Below, in pieces: positions 1 through 10,542 of a DNA stretch of 64,000 nt. The position numbers and the translations under genes were made by a program. How positions within the stretch are numbered: the first letter of the stretch is position 1; every line of letters starts with the position of its first letter. This stretch comes from an uncultured delta proteobacterium. GTDB lineage: Bacteria; Desulfobacterota; Desulfobacteria; Desulfobacterales; SG8-13. Under the pieces are notes generated by a model. The model searched no databases. It was given only the letters and a program-made list of their open reading frames with translations, and was not told the DNA's origin. The stretch lies in assembly GCA_963848135.1 (NCBI GenBank), contig CAWKCK010000003.1:496001-560000 (forward strand). Direction: 5' to 3'.

Positions 1-59
1 AACCCGCCCATTTTTTGCGAAGGGCGGTGCTTTCCGTTCGGTATGCGACAGGTGAAAAT

Positions 60-866
60 TTATCCTGCCTTGCGTCCCCGGCAGCTAATTACCGGTGTGT
101 AGGTCAATCGGCGCGGATCCGCGAACGCCCTTTTAAATTCTGCCAAAAAACCTTCGAATCCGTGTTCATATTCCTCGAAAAGATAGCCTGAATACCTGGC
201 TGCGATTTCTACTTTTTTTAACCAGTTAAATGCGTCGGCTTCGGAAAGATTGCCGAATATCAGGTGATGCGGTGTCAGGCCAACATCGATATCCTCAAAC
301 CCGAGATCATAGAGATACGCATAAAGCTTTCTTCCAACGAAAGGGTCGAAATCCCCTGTTTTCTCGAGGCATTGCATGATACCTGAAAGCGCATTTTCGA
401 TTCGCGGTGTCAGTCCGTAATGGTTCAGGCAATTGTGGTCCAGATCGATCAAACAGAGGATACCCCCGGGTTTTACGGTTTTGGCGACGTTCTTTACGAT
501 GTCAAAACTGCTGGAACGGTAATATTCCAGCACGAATCGGATCCAGACCAGGTCGAATTGTCCGAGTGACTCCAGCGAACCCCTGAGATCCATTTGGATG
601 AATCCTAGCCCTTTTGCGATGTAATTGGTTTGAGCAAATCGGACGCGTTGTTCGGCAATGTCCACCCCGATTGTTTCCCCATTCGGCTGGGCCATTTTGT
701 TGAGGATAAAAGATGTTTTGCCTGATCCGCAGCCCAGATCGGCGATCCGCATTCCCGGGCAAACGCCTGCCCATCGGGCCTGCGTTTCAACCATCCGTGG
801 ATCTGTCTTTATATCCAAACGGACGGCTTCCTCGTCACCTTCCATCAAATATTCTTTTTTTATCAT
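60..866 (-). CDS. Class I SAM-dependent methyltransferase
   Basis: Motif I ADLGCGSG, VGVDIA acidic motif, FDLVW and VKPGG motifs. Confidence 0.85.
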   Translation of the reverse strand: MIKKEYLMEGDEEAVRLDIKTDPRMVETQARWAGVCPGMRIADLGCGSGKTSFILNKMAQPNGETIGVDIAEQRVRFAQTNYIAKGLGFIQMDLRGSLESLGQFDLVWIRFVLEYYRSSSFDIVKNVAKTVKPGGILCLIDLDHNCLNHYGLTPRIENALSGIMQCLEKTGDFDPFVGRKLYAYLYDLGFEDIDVGLTPHHLIFGNLSEADAFNWLKKVEIAARYSGYLFEEYEHGFEGFLAEFKRAFADPRRLTYTPVISCRGRKAG

Positions 867-1171
867 CAGAGTCCTTATCGTACCGCTGGATAGATTAGAT
901 AATTATTTGTGCGCGGTTTAGTACTCTGGAATGATTCTTGTCAACCCATTAACAGGCAGTTGAAAAACTATTGCGCTTGACCCTATTCAACGATTAACTT
1001 TTAATAACGATCATTACAAGGCCCATACGGATTTCATTGGGCATGATTATTTTAAAGCAGATTCGAAAAAAGACCAAATCGTGGCTTGTTATTGTGGATA
1101 TTACCGTTTAATAAGGACGCAGCTTTTAACTATCAGAGGAATGAATTCAATTCCAACATCAGGAGTGAGCC

Positions 1172-2659
1172 ATGTCAGCCGGTGACGACCAAGAAGATAA
1201 GGGTCTGAACGATTCTAACGATGAAGGTGTATCTGGCGAATCTGAAGATTTCAGCGCACTATACGAATCTTACAGTGCCGGGATCATCGGACAATTGCAA
1301 GTGGGTGATAAAATCAGCGGGGAAATTATTGCCATCGGCCACGATGCCGTTTTTCTCGACACCGGGACCAAGGTCGACGGTGTCGTGGATAAAAAGGAAC
1401 TGCTGGATGCCAAGGGTCAATTCCCCTATACTCTGGGAGACAGACTAGAGTTGTTTGTCGTTGTTGCCGGAGAAGGTGAGATAAAGCTTTCCAAGGCCTT
1501 ATCGGGCATGGGTGGAAGGCAGATGCTGATGGATGCTTTTCGGAACCGCATCCCGGTGGAAGGTCGGGTCACCGGGATCTGCAAAGGCGGTTTCGATGTC
1601 GAGGTCATGAAACAGAGGGCATTCTGTCCCCTTAGCCAGATGGACGTTAAATACGTCGAAACGCCGGAGGGCTACGTCGGACAGACCCATCTGTTCTATA
1701 TTTCCCAGCTTGAAGAAAAAGGGCGCAATATCGTTATCTCCCGCCGAAAGCTTCTTGAGCAAGAACGACAAAAGGCCCGGCAGGACTTTTTCGACGCACT
1801 GAGCACCGGAACGGTTCTCAGTGGGACCGTGAGTCGTTTGATGCCTTACGGGGCATTTGTGGAGTTGATCCCGGGTGTCGAGGGGATGGTTCATATTTCA
1901 GAGCTGAACTGGTCCCGGCTGGATAATCCAGCCGAAGCCGTCAACACTGGGGATCGTATTGATGTGAAAGTTATCGGTATCGACGCAACAGCGGGCACCG
2001 GTTCCGAAAAAATTTCACTGTCCGTCAAACAGCTGCTGGCTGATCCATGGGAGAGTGCCGGCGATCGAATTCAACCCGGGGATATTATCAATGGCCGGGT
2101 CAGGCGATGCGCTCCTTTTGGTGTTTTTGTTGAAATCGAGCCGGGGATTGAAGGGTTGGTTCATATTAGTGAAATGAGCTATGTCAAAAGGGTTCTCAAA
2201 CCGGAAGACATCGTTTCCCCGGGTGATCAAGTGACGGTTATGGTCAAAACATTTGACGAAGATAAACGCAGGGTATCTCTGAGTATACGCGATGCAGATG
2301 GTGACCCATGGTTCGCCGTCCTGGAGAGGTATCCGGTGGGCCGGATTGTTACCGGCGTTATAGAGAAATTGGCAAAATTCGGCGTCTTTGTCACCCTCGA
2401 ACCAGGCATCACAGGACTGCTTCCCAAGTCGAAAATGGACCAAACGGCCGAGCAGGGCTATTCTCGAAAGCTCAAATCGGGTGATGCCATTACCGTTACC
2501 ATAGAAGCCATAGACCGTGAAAAACGCAGAATCACCCTTGTGCCTGGCGACGGTTCTGCAACTGGCGATTGGCATCAGTATAGACCCGGAGAATCCTCTT
2601 CATTGGGTCAACTCGGAGAAAAATTAAAAGAAGCTATGGCTCTCCGGCAAAAGAAGTGA
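1172..2659 (+). CDS. rpsA: 30S ribosomal protein S1-like protein (five S1 domains)
   Basis: Repeated S1 motifs (GAFVEL..GVEGMVHISEL, FGVFVEIEPGIEGLVHISEM, SLSVKQLLADPW); AGGAG SD upstream. Confidence 0.85.
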   Translation: MSAGDDQEDKGLNDSNDEGVSGESEDFSALYESYSAGIIGQLQVGDKISGEIIAIGHDAVFLDTGTKVDGVVDKKELLDAKGQFPYTLGDRLELFVVVAGEGEIKLSKALSGMGGRQMLMDAFRNRIPVEGRVTGICKGGFDVEVMKQRAFCPLSQMDVKYVETPEGYVGQTHLFYISQLEEKGRNIVISRRKLLEQERQKARQDFFDALSTGTVLSGTVSRLMPYGAFVELIPGVEGMVHISELNWSRLDNPAEAVNTGDRIDVKVIGIDATAGTGSEKISLSVKQLLADPWESAGDRIQPGDIINGRVRRCAPFGVFVEIEPGIEGLVHISEMSYVKRVLKPEDIVSPGDQVTVMVKTFDEDKRRVSLSIRDADGDPWFAVLERYPVGRIVTGVIEKLAKFGVFVTLEPGITGLLPKSKMDQTAEQGYSRKLKSGDAITVTIEAIDREKRRITLVPGDGSATGDWHQYRPGESSSLGQLGEKLKEAMALRQKK

Positions 2660-2783
2660 CCCCGTGTCGATTTGACCTCTTCCAACCGCCATCCAAAAGG
2701 TATCTTTCCTCCAACCCGTCAATGATCGGGCCGAAAACCTTGATCCCTGACGGGTTTGTGCTTAGCATGCCATTTATATCAAG

Positions 2784-2792
2784 TGGTATAAT
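2784..2792 (+). promoter_or_regulatory. Putative extended -10 promoter (TGGTATAAT) of the ABC-esterase operon
   Basis: TGnTATAAT 45 nt upstream of the ATG at 2837. Confidence 0.45.
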
Positions 2793-2836
2793 ATATCGTT
2801 CAGTTCAAAAAATCATGAGAGGGAAGCACCATTGCC

Positions 2837-3556
2837 ATGCTCAGTCCGGGAAAACCTGTAAACATATTGTCAGTCGAGAATGTGAGCAAATCCTACCGTA
2901 TCGAAGACCGGGAGATTGCCGTTCTCAAGCCTGTTTCCTTGACCGTTGCCAAGGGTGAGTTTCTCGTGGTGGAAGGGCGCAGCGGCAGCGGCAAAACGAC
3001 CTTGTTGAGCCTGCTGTCGGGGCTCGACAAGCCGTCGTCCGGCCGCATAATCGTCGACGGCAGGGACATTACGGATGACAATGAAAATGCCCTGGCACCC
3101 TTGCGAAACGCAATCTTCGGGTTCGTATTTCAGTCATTTCATCTTGTCCCTGCTCTGACGGCGCTTGAAAATGTCATGTTTCCAGCCGAGATCAAGCGCG
3201 ATCCTCAGGCCGAACAACGAGCCAAATCGCTTCTAAATCGCGTCGGTTTATCTCATAGGTTCTTTAATTATCCGCATCAGCTCTCCGGCGGAGAGATGCA
3301 GCGCGTCGCCATCTGCCGTGCGGTCGTCAATCATCCTAAAATAATCTTTGCCGATGAACCGACCGGGAATCTCGATTCCGAGAACGGTCGCATCATCATA
3401 GATTTACTGTTGGAATTCCACCGCGAAGAGCACACCACCTTGATCATGGCCACACACAACAGGGAAATCTCTGCCTTGGCGGACCGCATCATCCGACTCA
3501 AAGACGGCAATATTAATAGCGACCCAAAGGGAATTTCGATTCATGCCATACGGTAA
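2837..3556 (+). CDS. ABC transporter ATP-binding protein (LolD/YbbA-like)
   Basis: Walker A GRSGSGKTT, LSGGEMQRVA signature, IIFADEPTGNLD, H-loop ATH. Confidence 0.92.
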   Translation: MLSPGKPVNILSVENVSKSYRIEDREIAVLKPVSLTVAKGEFLVVEGRSGSGKTTLLSLLSGLDKPSSGRIIVDGRDITDDNENALAPLRNAIFGFVFQSFHLVPALTALENVMFPAEIKRDPQAEQRAKSLLNRVGLSHRFFNYPHQLSGGEMQRVAICRAVVNHPKIIFADEPTGNLDSENGRIIIDLLLEFHREEHTTLIMATHNREISALADRIIRLKDGNINSDPKGISIHAIR

Positions 3557-6041
3557 ATTTATTCTTCGCGATTTGAGCCGCACCCGTTCCCAGGCCGTTG
3601 TTTTCATATTGTGTGTCGTCTTGGCAATTGTCACCCTGGTGGCCGTGAATGGATTTTCAGGTAGTGTCACCACGGCACTCATGCAGGACGCCCGCACACT
3701 GCATGCCGGTGACATCATCGTTCAGTCACGGCAGCCAATTTCCAAAGGGCTGAAAGACGTCATTGACGGGTTGAGACACCAGGGAAAGATTCAGAGTTCC
3801 CATACCTATGAATTTTACTCGGTGGTTCAATCTGTCACCGGGAGTGGTTCACTGTTGTCGAATATAAAAGCGGTTACGGAAAAGTACCCACTTTATGGCC
3901 GTTGCGAATTGGCCTCCGGTAAACCGTTTGTTTCCAGCCTGATACCGGGAACGGTCATCGTCGAACGGATACTTATAGAACGCCTGGGATTGCACATCGG
4001 CGATCAGTTGGATGTCGGCCGGGCCAGACTGACCATCACCGATATCGTGGTCAAGGAACCGGACCGGCCAGTAACCGCTTTCGCCCTTGGTCCACGCATC
4101 TTCGTGTCGGCCGCTGATCTGGACAATATTGACCTTATCCAGAAAGGGAGCCGGGTACGCTACGGGATCCAGATCAAAACGGCCGCTGAAGCAGATTTGC
4201 AGCAATTGACAGATTCACTGACCGCTGCCGCCGATCCGGTTATGGAGCGGGTTGACACCTACCTGACCGCCCGCTCGGGGGTGAAACGGTTTTTTGACAA
4301 CTTTGTGGATTTTCTTAATTTGGTCGGAATTTTCACCCTATTGCTTGCCGGCATTGGAATACACAGCACTTTGACCGCTTATCTCAAAGAAAAAGAGAAT
4401 ACCATCGCCATCATGAAAACAGTCGGCGCCACGAGCCGCTATATTTTTTTCCATTTTACCATCGGTCTGTTGTTGCTTAGTCTGATTGGAACGCTCCTGG
4501 GACTCGCTGTCGGGATTGCGTCGCAGTATATTCTGCCCGTTTTCTTTCAGGGACTCATTCCCCCCCAGGCACTTTTGGGTGTTTCCTGGAGTGGAACGCT
4601 TCAGGGATTCAGTGTGGGCATCGTTGGGGTGGCGTTGTTTGCCTTTCGGCCGCTATACCGTTTGAAAGATATCAGACCAGCAGCCATATTCCGCAAGGAG
4701 GAAGGCCAAAAAGCGGGCGGACGACCCGGCGGCATTTTCCTTGTGGTCATCGTTGTTTTTTTTACCGGTATGGTCCTTTGGCAACTTCAGGACATTCGCA
4801 GTGGTTTTCAGTTCGTTTGCGCCATTGGCGGATTTCTCATTCTTACGGCGGGTCTTGTGCATCTGCTTCTAATGATTCTAAAACGCACCAGGGTAACAAA
4901 TTTAGAGTTACGGCAAGCCTTGAAAGGCCTGTTTCGGCCGGACAATGCCACCCGGCCGATCATGATCACCTTGACGGCCGCATTGGTCGTTATTTTAACA
5001 ATTTATACTGTCGAAAAAAACCTTGACCGCACCTATGTTCAATCCTATCCAACGGATGCCCCGAACTTGTTCTTTATGGACATCCAGCCGGATCAAAGGG
5101 CAGATTTCGATCGCGCTTTGGGGATAGAAACGCGCTATTTTCCCGTGATTCGGGCCAAAATTCTTTCAATTAACAACCAGAAGATCGACCGTAAAAAGGA
5201 ACAATCAAAACTTCGCGGCGACAATCTCGCGCGAACGTTTAACTTGACCTACCGCAGTGAACTGCTCGATGATGAAGTCGTCAAATCCGGCAGCAGTCTT
5301 TTCCGATCAGACTGGCAGGAACCACAGGTTTCGGTTCTTGATGACGTGCTTGATATGCACGATATGAAGATCGGCGACAAGCTCGTTTTCAGGATTCAAG
5401 GTGTTCCCTTTGAAGCGAAAATATCGAGTATTCGCAGTCGAGTCAAAGATACCTTTAAACCGTTTTTCTACTTTGTGTTTGAGGAAGATGTTTTGAAGAG
5501 TGCGCCGCAAACAATCTTCACGGCCGTCAAAGTCGACAAGGGCAAAGTTGCCGATCTTCAGAACGCTATGGTAAAGAAATTTCCCAATGTCAGTGTAATC
5601 GATATGGCCGAAACGATTGCTACTTTTCAGGGGGTGGCACACAAACTGGCCGACACAATCCGCTTTTTCTCTGCGTTCAGCATCCTGGCCGGTATGTTGA
5701 TTGCGATGAGTTCCGTCTTCGCCACCCGTCTGGCGAGAACCCGGGAGGCAGTATTCTATCGCGTCCTCGGGGCCAGAAATTCTTTCGTTATTAAGGTGTT
5801 TGGGCTTGAAAACCTTCTTATCGGCAGCCTCAGTGGGCTGCTTGCTCTCATTGTATCTCAGGCGGCGAGTTGGCTTGTTGTCACCAAGGTATTAGATGTA
5901 CGGTATACAATCTTCGTAGGGCCCATCGTATCAATAATTGTTTTGACAAGCGTCATGGTCGTAATCTGCGGCCTCATTCCAGCATGGCCGATTCTGCGGC
6001 AGAAACCGCTGACATTTTTAAGAGAACAGAGCCAGGAATGA
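3543..6041 (+). CDS. FtsX/MacB-family ABC permease (YbbP-like)
   Basis: 832 aa with two FtsX-like halves and an APNLFFMDIQPDQ motif; overlaps the ATPase gene. Confidence 0.88.
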   Translation: MPYGKFILRDLSRTRSQAVVFILCVVLAIVTLVAVNGFSGSVTTALMQDARTLHAGDIIVQSRQPISKGLKDVIDGLRHQGKIQSSHTYEFYSVVQSVTGSGSLLSNIKAVTEKYPLYGRCELASGKPFVSSLIPGTVIVERILIERLGLHIGDQLDVGRARLTITDIVVKEPDRPVTAFALGPRIFVSAADLDNIDLIQKGSRVRYGIQIKTAAEADLQQLTDSLTAAADPVMERVDTYLTARSGVKRFFDNFVDFLNLVGIFTLLLAGIGIHSTLTAYLKEKENTIAIMKTVGATSRYIFFHFTIGLLLLSLIGTLLGLAVGIASQYILPVFFQGLIPPQALLGVSWSGTLQGFSVGIVGVALFAFRPLYRLKDIRPAAIFRKEEGQKAGGRPGGIFLVVIVVFFTGMVLWQLQDIRSGFQFVCAIGGFLILTAGLVHLLLMILKRTRVTNLELRQALKGLFRPDNATRPIMITLTAALVVILTIYTVEKNLDRTYVQSYPTDAPNLFFMDIQPDQRADFDRALGIETRYFPVIRAKILSINNQKIDRKKEQSKLRGDNLARTFNLTYRSELLDDEVVKSGSSLFRSDWQEPQVSVLDDVLDMHDMKIGDKLVFRIQGVPFEAKISSIRSRVKDTFKPFFYFVFEEDVLKSAPQTIFTAVKVDKGKVADLQNAMVKKFPNVSVIDMAETIATFQGVAHKLADTIRFFSAFSILAGMLIAMSSVFATRLARTREAVFYRVLGARNSFVIKVFGLENLLIGSLSGLLALIVSQAASWLVVTKVLDVRYTIFVGPIVSIIVLTSVMVVICGLIPAWPILRQKPLTFLREQSQE

Positions 6042-6715
6042 TGAATCTGAAACAAATAAGGATGAAGTGCACTTGGATTATCCTTGTCGTTGTGTTTAGC
6101 AGCGCTTGTGGACAGGAACCGCCCTCTTCCGCTCTTCCATCCGAAACTATCCACAAGGAGGGTACCATCGTGGCCATGGGTAACAGCTTGACAGAGGGCC
6201 TGGGCGTGCCGGAGGAAATGGCCTATCCTGCTCAGCTGGAAGAAGCGCTTCGGGCACGCGGGCTGTCTTACCGTGTCGTTAATGCCGGGATCAGCGGTGA
6301 GACGAGCAGCGGCGCCCGTTCTCGGCTCGAATGGGTGCTGTCGATGGAACCGGACATCATTATTCTCGAAACCGGTGCGAATGACGGTATGCGAGGGCTC
6401 GCAACTGGGTTGATCCGGGAAAATATTCAGTATATGATCGATAAGATGATTGCTCGTAATGTCGTGGTTATGTTGGCAGGAATGAAGATCATGCCGAACC
6501 TGGGACCGGCGTATGCCGAAGCGTTCGCGGATCTCTATTCGACAATAGCGTCTGAAAATAACCTTATATTTATGCCTTTCATGCTTGAAGGCGTAGCCGG
6601 TGAGCCCGCTCTGAATCATATTGACGGTATCCATCCGACAGCAGGGGGATACCGAAAAATCGTTGAAAATATGTTGCCCTATGTTTTGAAGGCGATCGCA
6701 AGGCACAATTCGTAG
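6038..6715 (+). CDS. Arylesterase/acyl-CoA thioesterase I (TesA-like SGNH hydrolase), probable lipoprotein
   Basis: GNSLTEG, NAGISGETS, GANDG and DGIHP blocks; ATGA overlap with the permease stop; hydrophobic N-terminus ending SSAC. Confidence 0.88.
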   Translation: MMNLKQIRMKCTWIILVVVFSSACGQEPPSSALPSETIHKEGTIVAMGNSLTEGLGVPEEMAYPAQLEEALRARGLSYRVVNAGISGETSSGARSRLEWVLSMEPDIIILETGANDGMRGLATGLIRENIQYMIDKMIARNVVVMLAGMKIMPNLGPAYAEAFADLYSTIASENNLIFMPFMLEGVAGEPALNHIDGIHPTAGGYRKIVENMLPYVLKAIARHNS

Positions 6716-6765
6716 GATAGGCGGTGACCCTATCGAACCTCGCATAAGTTTCGACGGAATGTAGG

Positions 6766-7071
6766 ATGGCTATGCAACCGTATGCTTATGATCTGGATGA
6801 CGCTGAAATCCGGCGGGAGCGCCAAAAGGCCCGCGGGCTCAGGGAAAGCCAGTGGTGGAAAAGGCGCCTTGCCAAAGGTGTCTGTCATTACTGTGGCTGT
6901 AAAGCCGCACCCGGTGAATTGACGATGGATCACATTGTCCCGATTGCCCGCGGTGGTCGTAGTACCAAGGGCAATGTGGCCACCGCCTGCAAAAACTGCA
7001 ACAACAAGAAGAAACAGTTGCTACCGATGGAGTGGCAGGAATACTTGGCCGGGTTCAAACCATCGAATTAA
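6766..7071 (+). CDS. Small HNH endonuclease-family protein
   Basis: CHYC..TMDHIVPIARGG..N..TACKNCNNKK. Confidence 0.85.
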   Translation: MAMQPYAYDLDDAEIRRERQKARGLRESQWWKRRLAKGVCHYCGCKAAPGELTMDHIVPIARGGRSTKGNVATACKNCNNKKKQLLPMEWQEYLAGFKPSN

Positions 7072-7236
7072 CGATACGATAGCTCTTCGGAGCTCCTAAA
7101 AAAGTTACCATGGGCCAAGAAGTAAGCGCGTGGAACATTGATGTTAAAAAAGCATATTTCTTCTTTACATCACTTAAATCTCATGATAATTATAACCCTT
7201 TTTTGCAACATAAATAATGGGTAAAGGGCTAAAAAG

Positions 7237-7599
7237 ATGAAAAAGAAGGATATCGAATTTTTCAAGGAGCTGCTTGCCAGGCGACTCGATGAATTGCTCA
7301 ACCAGGCTGGCAACACCGTTTCCGGGATGACAACACCGAAAGAGAACTTTCCGGATCCCACCGACAGAGCCTCTCTGGAGGCGGACAGGAATTTCATGCT
7401 GCGTATCAGGGACCGGGAACACAAGCTGATTAAAAAAATTAAGAAGGCCCTTGAGCGCACCGAGAATGGGACTTTCGGTATCTGTGAATCCTGTGGCGAA
7501 GAGATCTCCATAAAACGTCTGAAAGCCAGACCTGTTACTTCCCAATGCATTGAATGTAAATCCAAAGAAGAGGCTTTGGAGAAAGCGCTTGGATTATAA
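7237..7599 (+). CDS. dksA: RNA polymerase-binding protein DksA
   Basis: FPDPTDRASLE coiled-coil tip and C4 zinc finger CESC..CIEC. Confidence 0.95.
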   Translation: MKKKDIEFFKELLARRLDELLNQAGNTVSGMTTPKENFPDPTDRASLEADRNFMLRIRDREHKLIKKIKKALERTENGTFGICESCGEEISIKRLKARPVTSQCIECKSKEEALEKALGL

Positions 7600-8485
7600 T
7601 CAGCATGTGGGGATAGACCTTCACATCCACTCGTCTGCATCGGACGGCACACTCTCGCCAGACGAAATTCTCGAAACGGCTTGCGCACAAAATCTCGGGG
7701 CCATTGCCATAACCGATCACGACACCATTGATGGTTCCAGGCAGGCGCTGCAAGCCCACATTCCAAAAACTCTACAGTTTCTCACCGGCGTTGAATTGAG
7801 TGCCGCGCCACCGCCATCGCTGTTTCGTTCAGGCAGTTTTCATATCCTGGGTTATGGTATCGATCTGGATGATTCAGCGCTCAACCAAGCGCTCAAAACC
7901 TTGCAAAAGGCAAGAAAGGACCGCAATCCAGCCATCATTGCGCGTCTCAATCAATTGGGCTTCGGCATGACCTTAGACCAGGTTGCCGCCGCGACGGTTG
8001 GCGATGGCCAAATCGGCCGGCCCCATATCGCCCAGGTCATGTTACAAATGGGTTATGTCGCGTCCATCGACGATGCTTTCGACCGCTACTTGGCCAGTGA
8101 TCGGCCGGCATATGTGGACAAACCCCGCATTTCCTGTCAGCAGGCTGTTGATATCATCCGGGGCGCCGGCGGACTAGCGGTGCTGGCGCATCCGTTTCTC
8201 CTCAACTTGACCGACGCTGAGGATATGGAAAATCTCATTGTCGACCTGAAAAAAATGGGATTTGAGGGCATCGAGGTATATTACCCGGAGCATCCTCCTC
8301 AAGCGACGTTACTCTACGAGAGATTAGCCCGAAAACACGATCTGTTGATGACCGGTGGCACCGATTTCCACGGAAAATTGATACCCGAAATTCAAATGGG
8401 CTCGGGAGCCGGGCACTTTTTCGTTCCTTTTACCCTTTACGAACGATTGCGTGCAGGACTTGCCCGTAGTCACGCCCGCTCTTAA
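7589..8485 (+). CDS. PHP-domain phosphoesterase (TrpH/YciV-like)
   Basis: DLHIHSSASDG, AITDHDT, GRPHIA, VLAHP, TGGTDFHG; start uncertain (TTG 7589 or GTG 7607). Confidence 0.88.
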   Translation: MDYNQHVGIDLHIHSSASDGTLSPDEILETACAQNLGAIAITDHDTIDGSRQALQAHIPKTLQFLTGVELSAAPPPSLFRSGSFHILGYGIDLDDSALNQALKTLQKARKDRNPAIIARLNQLGFGMTLDQVAAATVGDGQIGRPHIAQVMLQMGYVASIDDAFDRYLASDRPAYVDKPRISCQQAVDIIRGAGGLAVLAHPFLLNLTDAEDMENLIVDLKKMGFEGIEVYYPEHPPQATLLYERLARKHDLLMTGGTDFHGKLIPEIQMGSGAGHFFVPFTLYERLRAGLARSHARS

Positions 8486-8605
8486 ACAAAGCGCCGTAAA
8501 ACCTTATTCCCGGTTCACCGCCGAATTCAGCCTGCTTATGATCGCTAGTTATATGAGCCATCGGGATGTTTTCATCTTATTCGACAACCCCTGTAAGGTT
8601 ACACC

Positions 8606-9298
8606 ATGGATCTCAGTGATTTCACGAACAAGTTACGATATCAATTCAGTGATTTATCCCTGATCGAGGAAGCCTTACGCCATAGCTCGTATATCAACGA
8701 AAAGGGCGATGGGGCCATGCGTGACAACGAGAGATTGGAATTCCTCGGTGATGCCGTCCTGAATCTGATTGTCGGACATCTGTTGATGGAGCGCTTTCCG
8801 GAATTAAAAGAAGGTGATCTCTCGCGGATGCGGGCCAGTTTGGTTAATGAGTCCCAATTGGCCTATATTGCGCGTTCTATGGATCTTGGCGATCATATCG
8901 AACTCGGGAAAGGTGAAATTCTCAGTAACGGCCACGAAAAAAATTCCATTCTTGCAAACGCATTTGAAGCTGTTCTGGCAGCCGTTTACTTGGATGGTGG
9001 CTTCGATTTCGCCTTCGATGTTGTCGAAGCCAACTTTTCTCCTTTGTTTGACGAGTTGAAGACGCTGGATGCGAATCAGGACTTCAAGAGTCAATTACAG
9101 GAACTCGTCCAGAGCAACCAGCAGAAGATACCCAACTACACTGTAATCGACGAAAGCGGTCCGGACCACGAAAAAACCTTTAGTATTCAATTAACGGCCA
9201 ATGGTATAAAAACAGAGGGCCGTGGCAAAAGCAAAAAATTGGCTGAACAGGATGCTGCCAGGCAGGCCCTGGCAATTTTTCGCAATTCTCAACGGTGA
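8606..9298 (+). CDS. rnc: Ribonuclease III
   Basis: NERLEFLGDAVL signature and C-terminal dsRBD (GPDHEKTF, GKSKKLAEQDAA). Confidence 0.97.
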   Translation: MDLSDFTNKLRYQFSDLSLIEEALRHSSYINEKGDGAMRDNERLEFLGDAVLNLIVGHLLMERFPELKEGDLSRMRASLVNESQLAYIARSMDLGDHIELGKGEILSNGHEKNSILANAFEAVLAAVYLDGGFDFAFDVVEANFSPLFDELKTLDANQDFKSQLQELVQSNQQKIPNYTVIDESGPDHEKTFSIQLTANGIKTEGRGKSKKLAEQDAARQALAIFRNSQR

Positions 9299-9422
9299 AC
9301 TCGCCACCCATAATCCAGAGGCCTGCCCGCAGGGCTGCAGGTTCTATTGCGATCAAAAATAACCATGAGCCTGGATCGATGGTGGGATCGGCCATGCCGG
9401 CAACGCTTAACTCGCCCAATTG

Positions 9423-10517
9423 ATGAAAAACACCCGTAACCCCTTTGTCGTTCCGGTATTTCTGCCCCATGCCGGGTGCCCCCACCGGTGTGTCTTCTGC
9501 AACCAACATGCGGTTACCGGCGCTACAACCCTGCCAACGATATCTGAATTCAAATCCGCTATTAGCCGCTTTCTGGGATACGCCGCTGGCCGACGCTCGG
9601 AAATCCAGATAGCGTTTTATGGTGGAAATTTTTTAGGATTGCCTGACGCCGAGGTGAGTTCGCTTTTGACGCTGGCCCAGCAGTTTGTCCGCGACGGCCG
9701 CGTGGACAGCATCCGGTTTTCAACGCGTCCGGACACCATTGACGATCACCGACTTAAATTAATTTCCGGTTATTCGGTCCGAACCATTGAACTGGGCGCT
9801 CAATCAATGGATGAATCGGTGCTGATTCAGTCCCGACGCGGTCACACCGGCGGTCAAACGGTTGCTGCCGTGCAAAAACTCCAAAGAAGAGATTACGTGA
9901 TCGGTCTGCAGATGATGGTTGGTCTGCCCGGTGATACGATTAAGCGTTCCGAAGACACCGCTCGGCGGATGATCGATTTGCGGCCCGACTTTGTAAGGAT
10001 CTATCCGACAGTTGTTCTCGAAAACAGCCTGTTGGCAACGTGGTATCAGCAAGGAAGGTTTGCGCCGTGGCCACTAGACACCTGTGTCAGTCTCGTTAAA
10101 GATCTTTATCTATTGTTCAAGCATAACAATATTGCTGTCATCCGAATGGGGTTGCAGGCAGAAGAAAATTTTGACAATGGTAAGGCTATTCTTGCCGGGC
10201 CCTATCACCCGGCTTTTGGTCACCTGGTTCATTCCAAGGTTTATTTAGATGCGGCCATTGCAGCATTGAAATCTTCAACACACCACAAGGACAGTATCCG
10301 CATCTATGTTCACCCGCATGGCATCTCGAAAATGCGAGGTCAGGTGAATCATAATGTTGTCAGGCTTCAGTCGATATTTCAGCCCCGAAAGGTTCAGGTC
10401 ATTGCCGATGCCTCTTTGGCTGCAGACTGTATTCGGTTGGACGCGTCAGGCCCCCTGTGTGTCAATGAATTGAAGTCACCGGAATCAAATTCACTAGCCG
10501 CTGTCGATTCGGAGTGA
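9423..10517 (+). CDS. Radical SAM protein (Elp3/YhcC-like, rnc-associated)
   Basis: CPHRCVFC CxxxCxxC, AFYGGNF, STRPD, IELGAQS, RIYPTVV, GPYHPAFG. Confidence 0.85.
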   Translation: MKNTRNPFVVPVFLPHAGCPHRCVFCNQHAVTGATTLPTISEFKSAISRFLGYAAGRRSEIQIAFYGGNFLGLPDAEVSSLLTLAQQFVRDGRVDSIRFSTRPDTIDDHRLKLISGYSVRTIELGAQSMDESVLIQSRRGHTGGQTVAAVQKLQRRDYVIGLQMMVGLPGDTIKRSEDTARRMIDLRPDFVRIYPTVVLENSLLATWYQQGRFAPWPLDTCVSLVKDLYLLFKHNNIAVIRMGLQAEENFDNGKAILAGPYHPAFGHLVHSKVYLDAAIAALKSSTHHKDSIRIYVHPHGISKMRGQVNHNVVRLQSIFQPRKVQVIADASLAADCIRLDASGPLCVNELKSPESNSLAAVDSE

Positions 10518-10542
10518 TTGAGCGGGAAACGGTGTATTCGGT

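Noticed and set aside
2758..2772. Minus-strand TGGCATG as a sigma54 promoter
   Set aside because: GC is not at the required GG-N10-GC spacing, and it points antisense into rpsA.
6766..7071. HNH gene as a mobile or defence element
   Set aside because: Single small gene in housekeeping context with no repeats, methylase or intron features.
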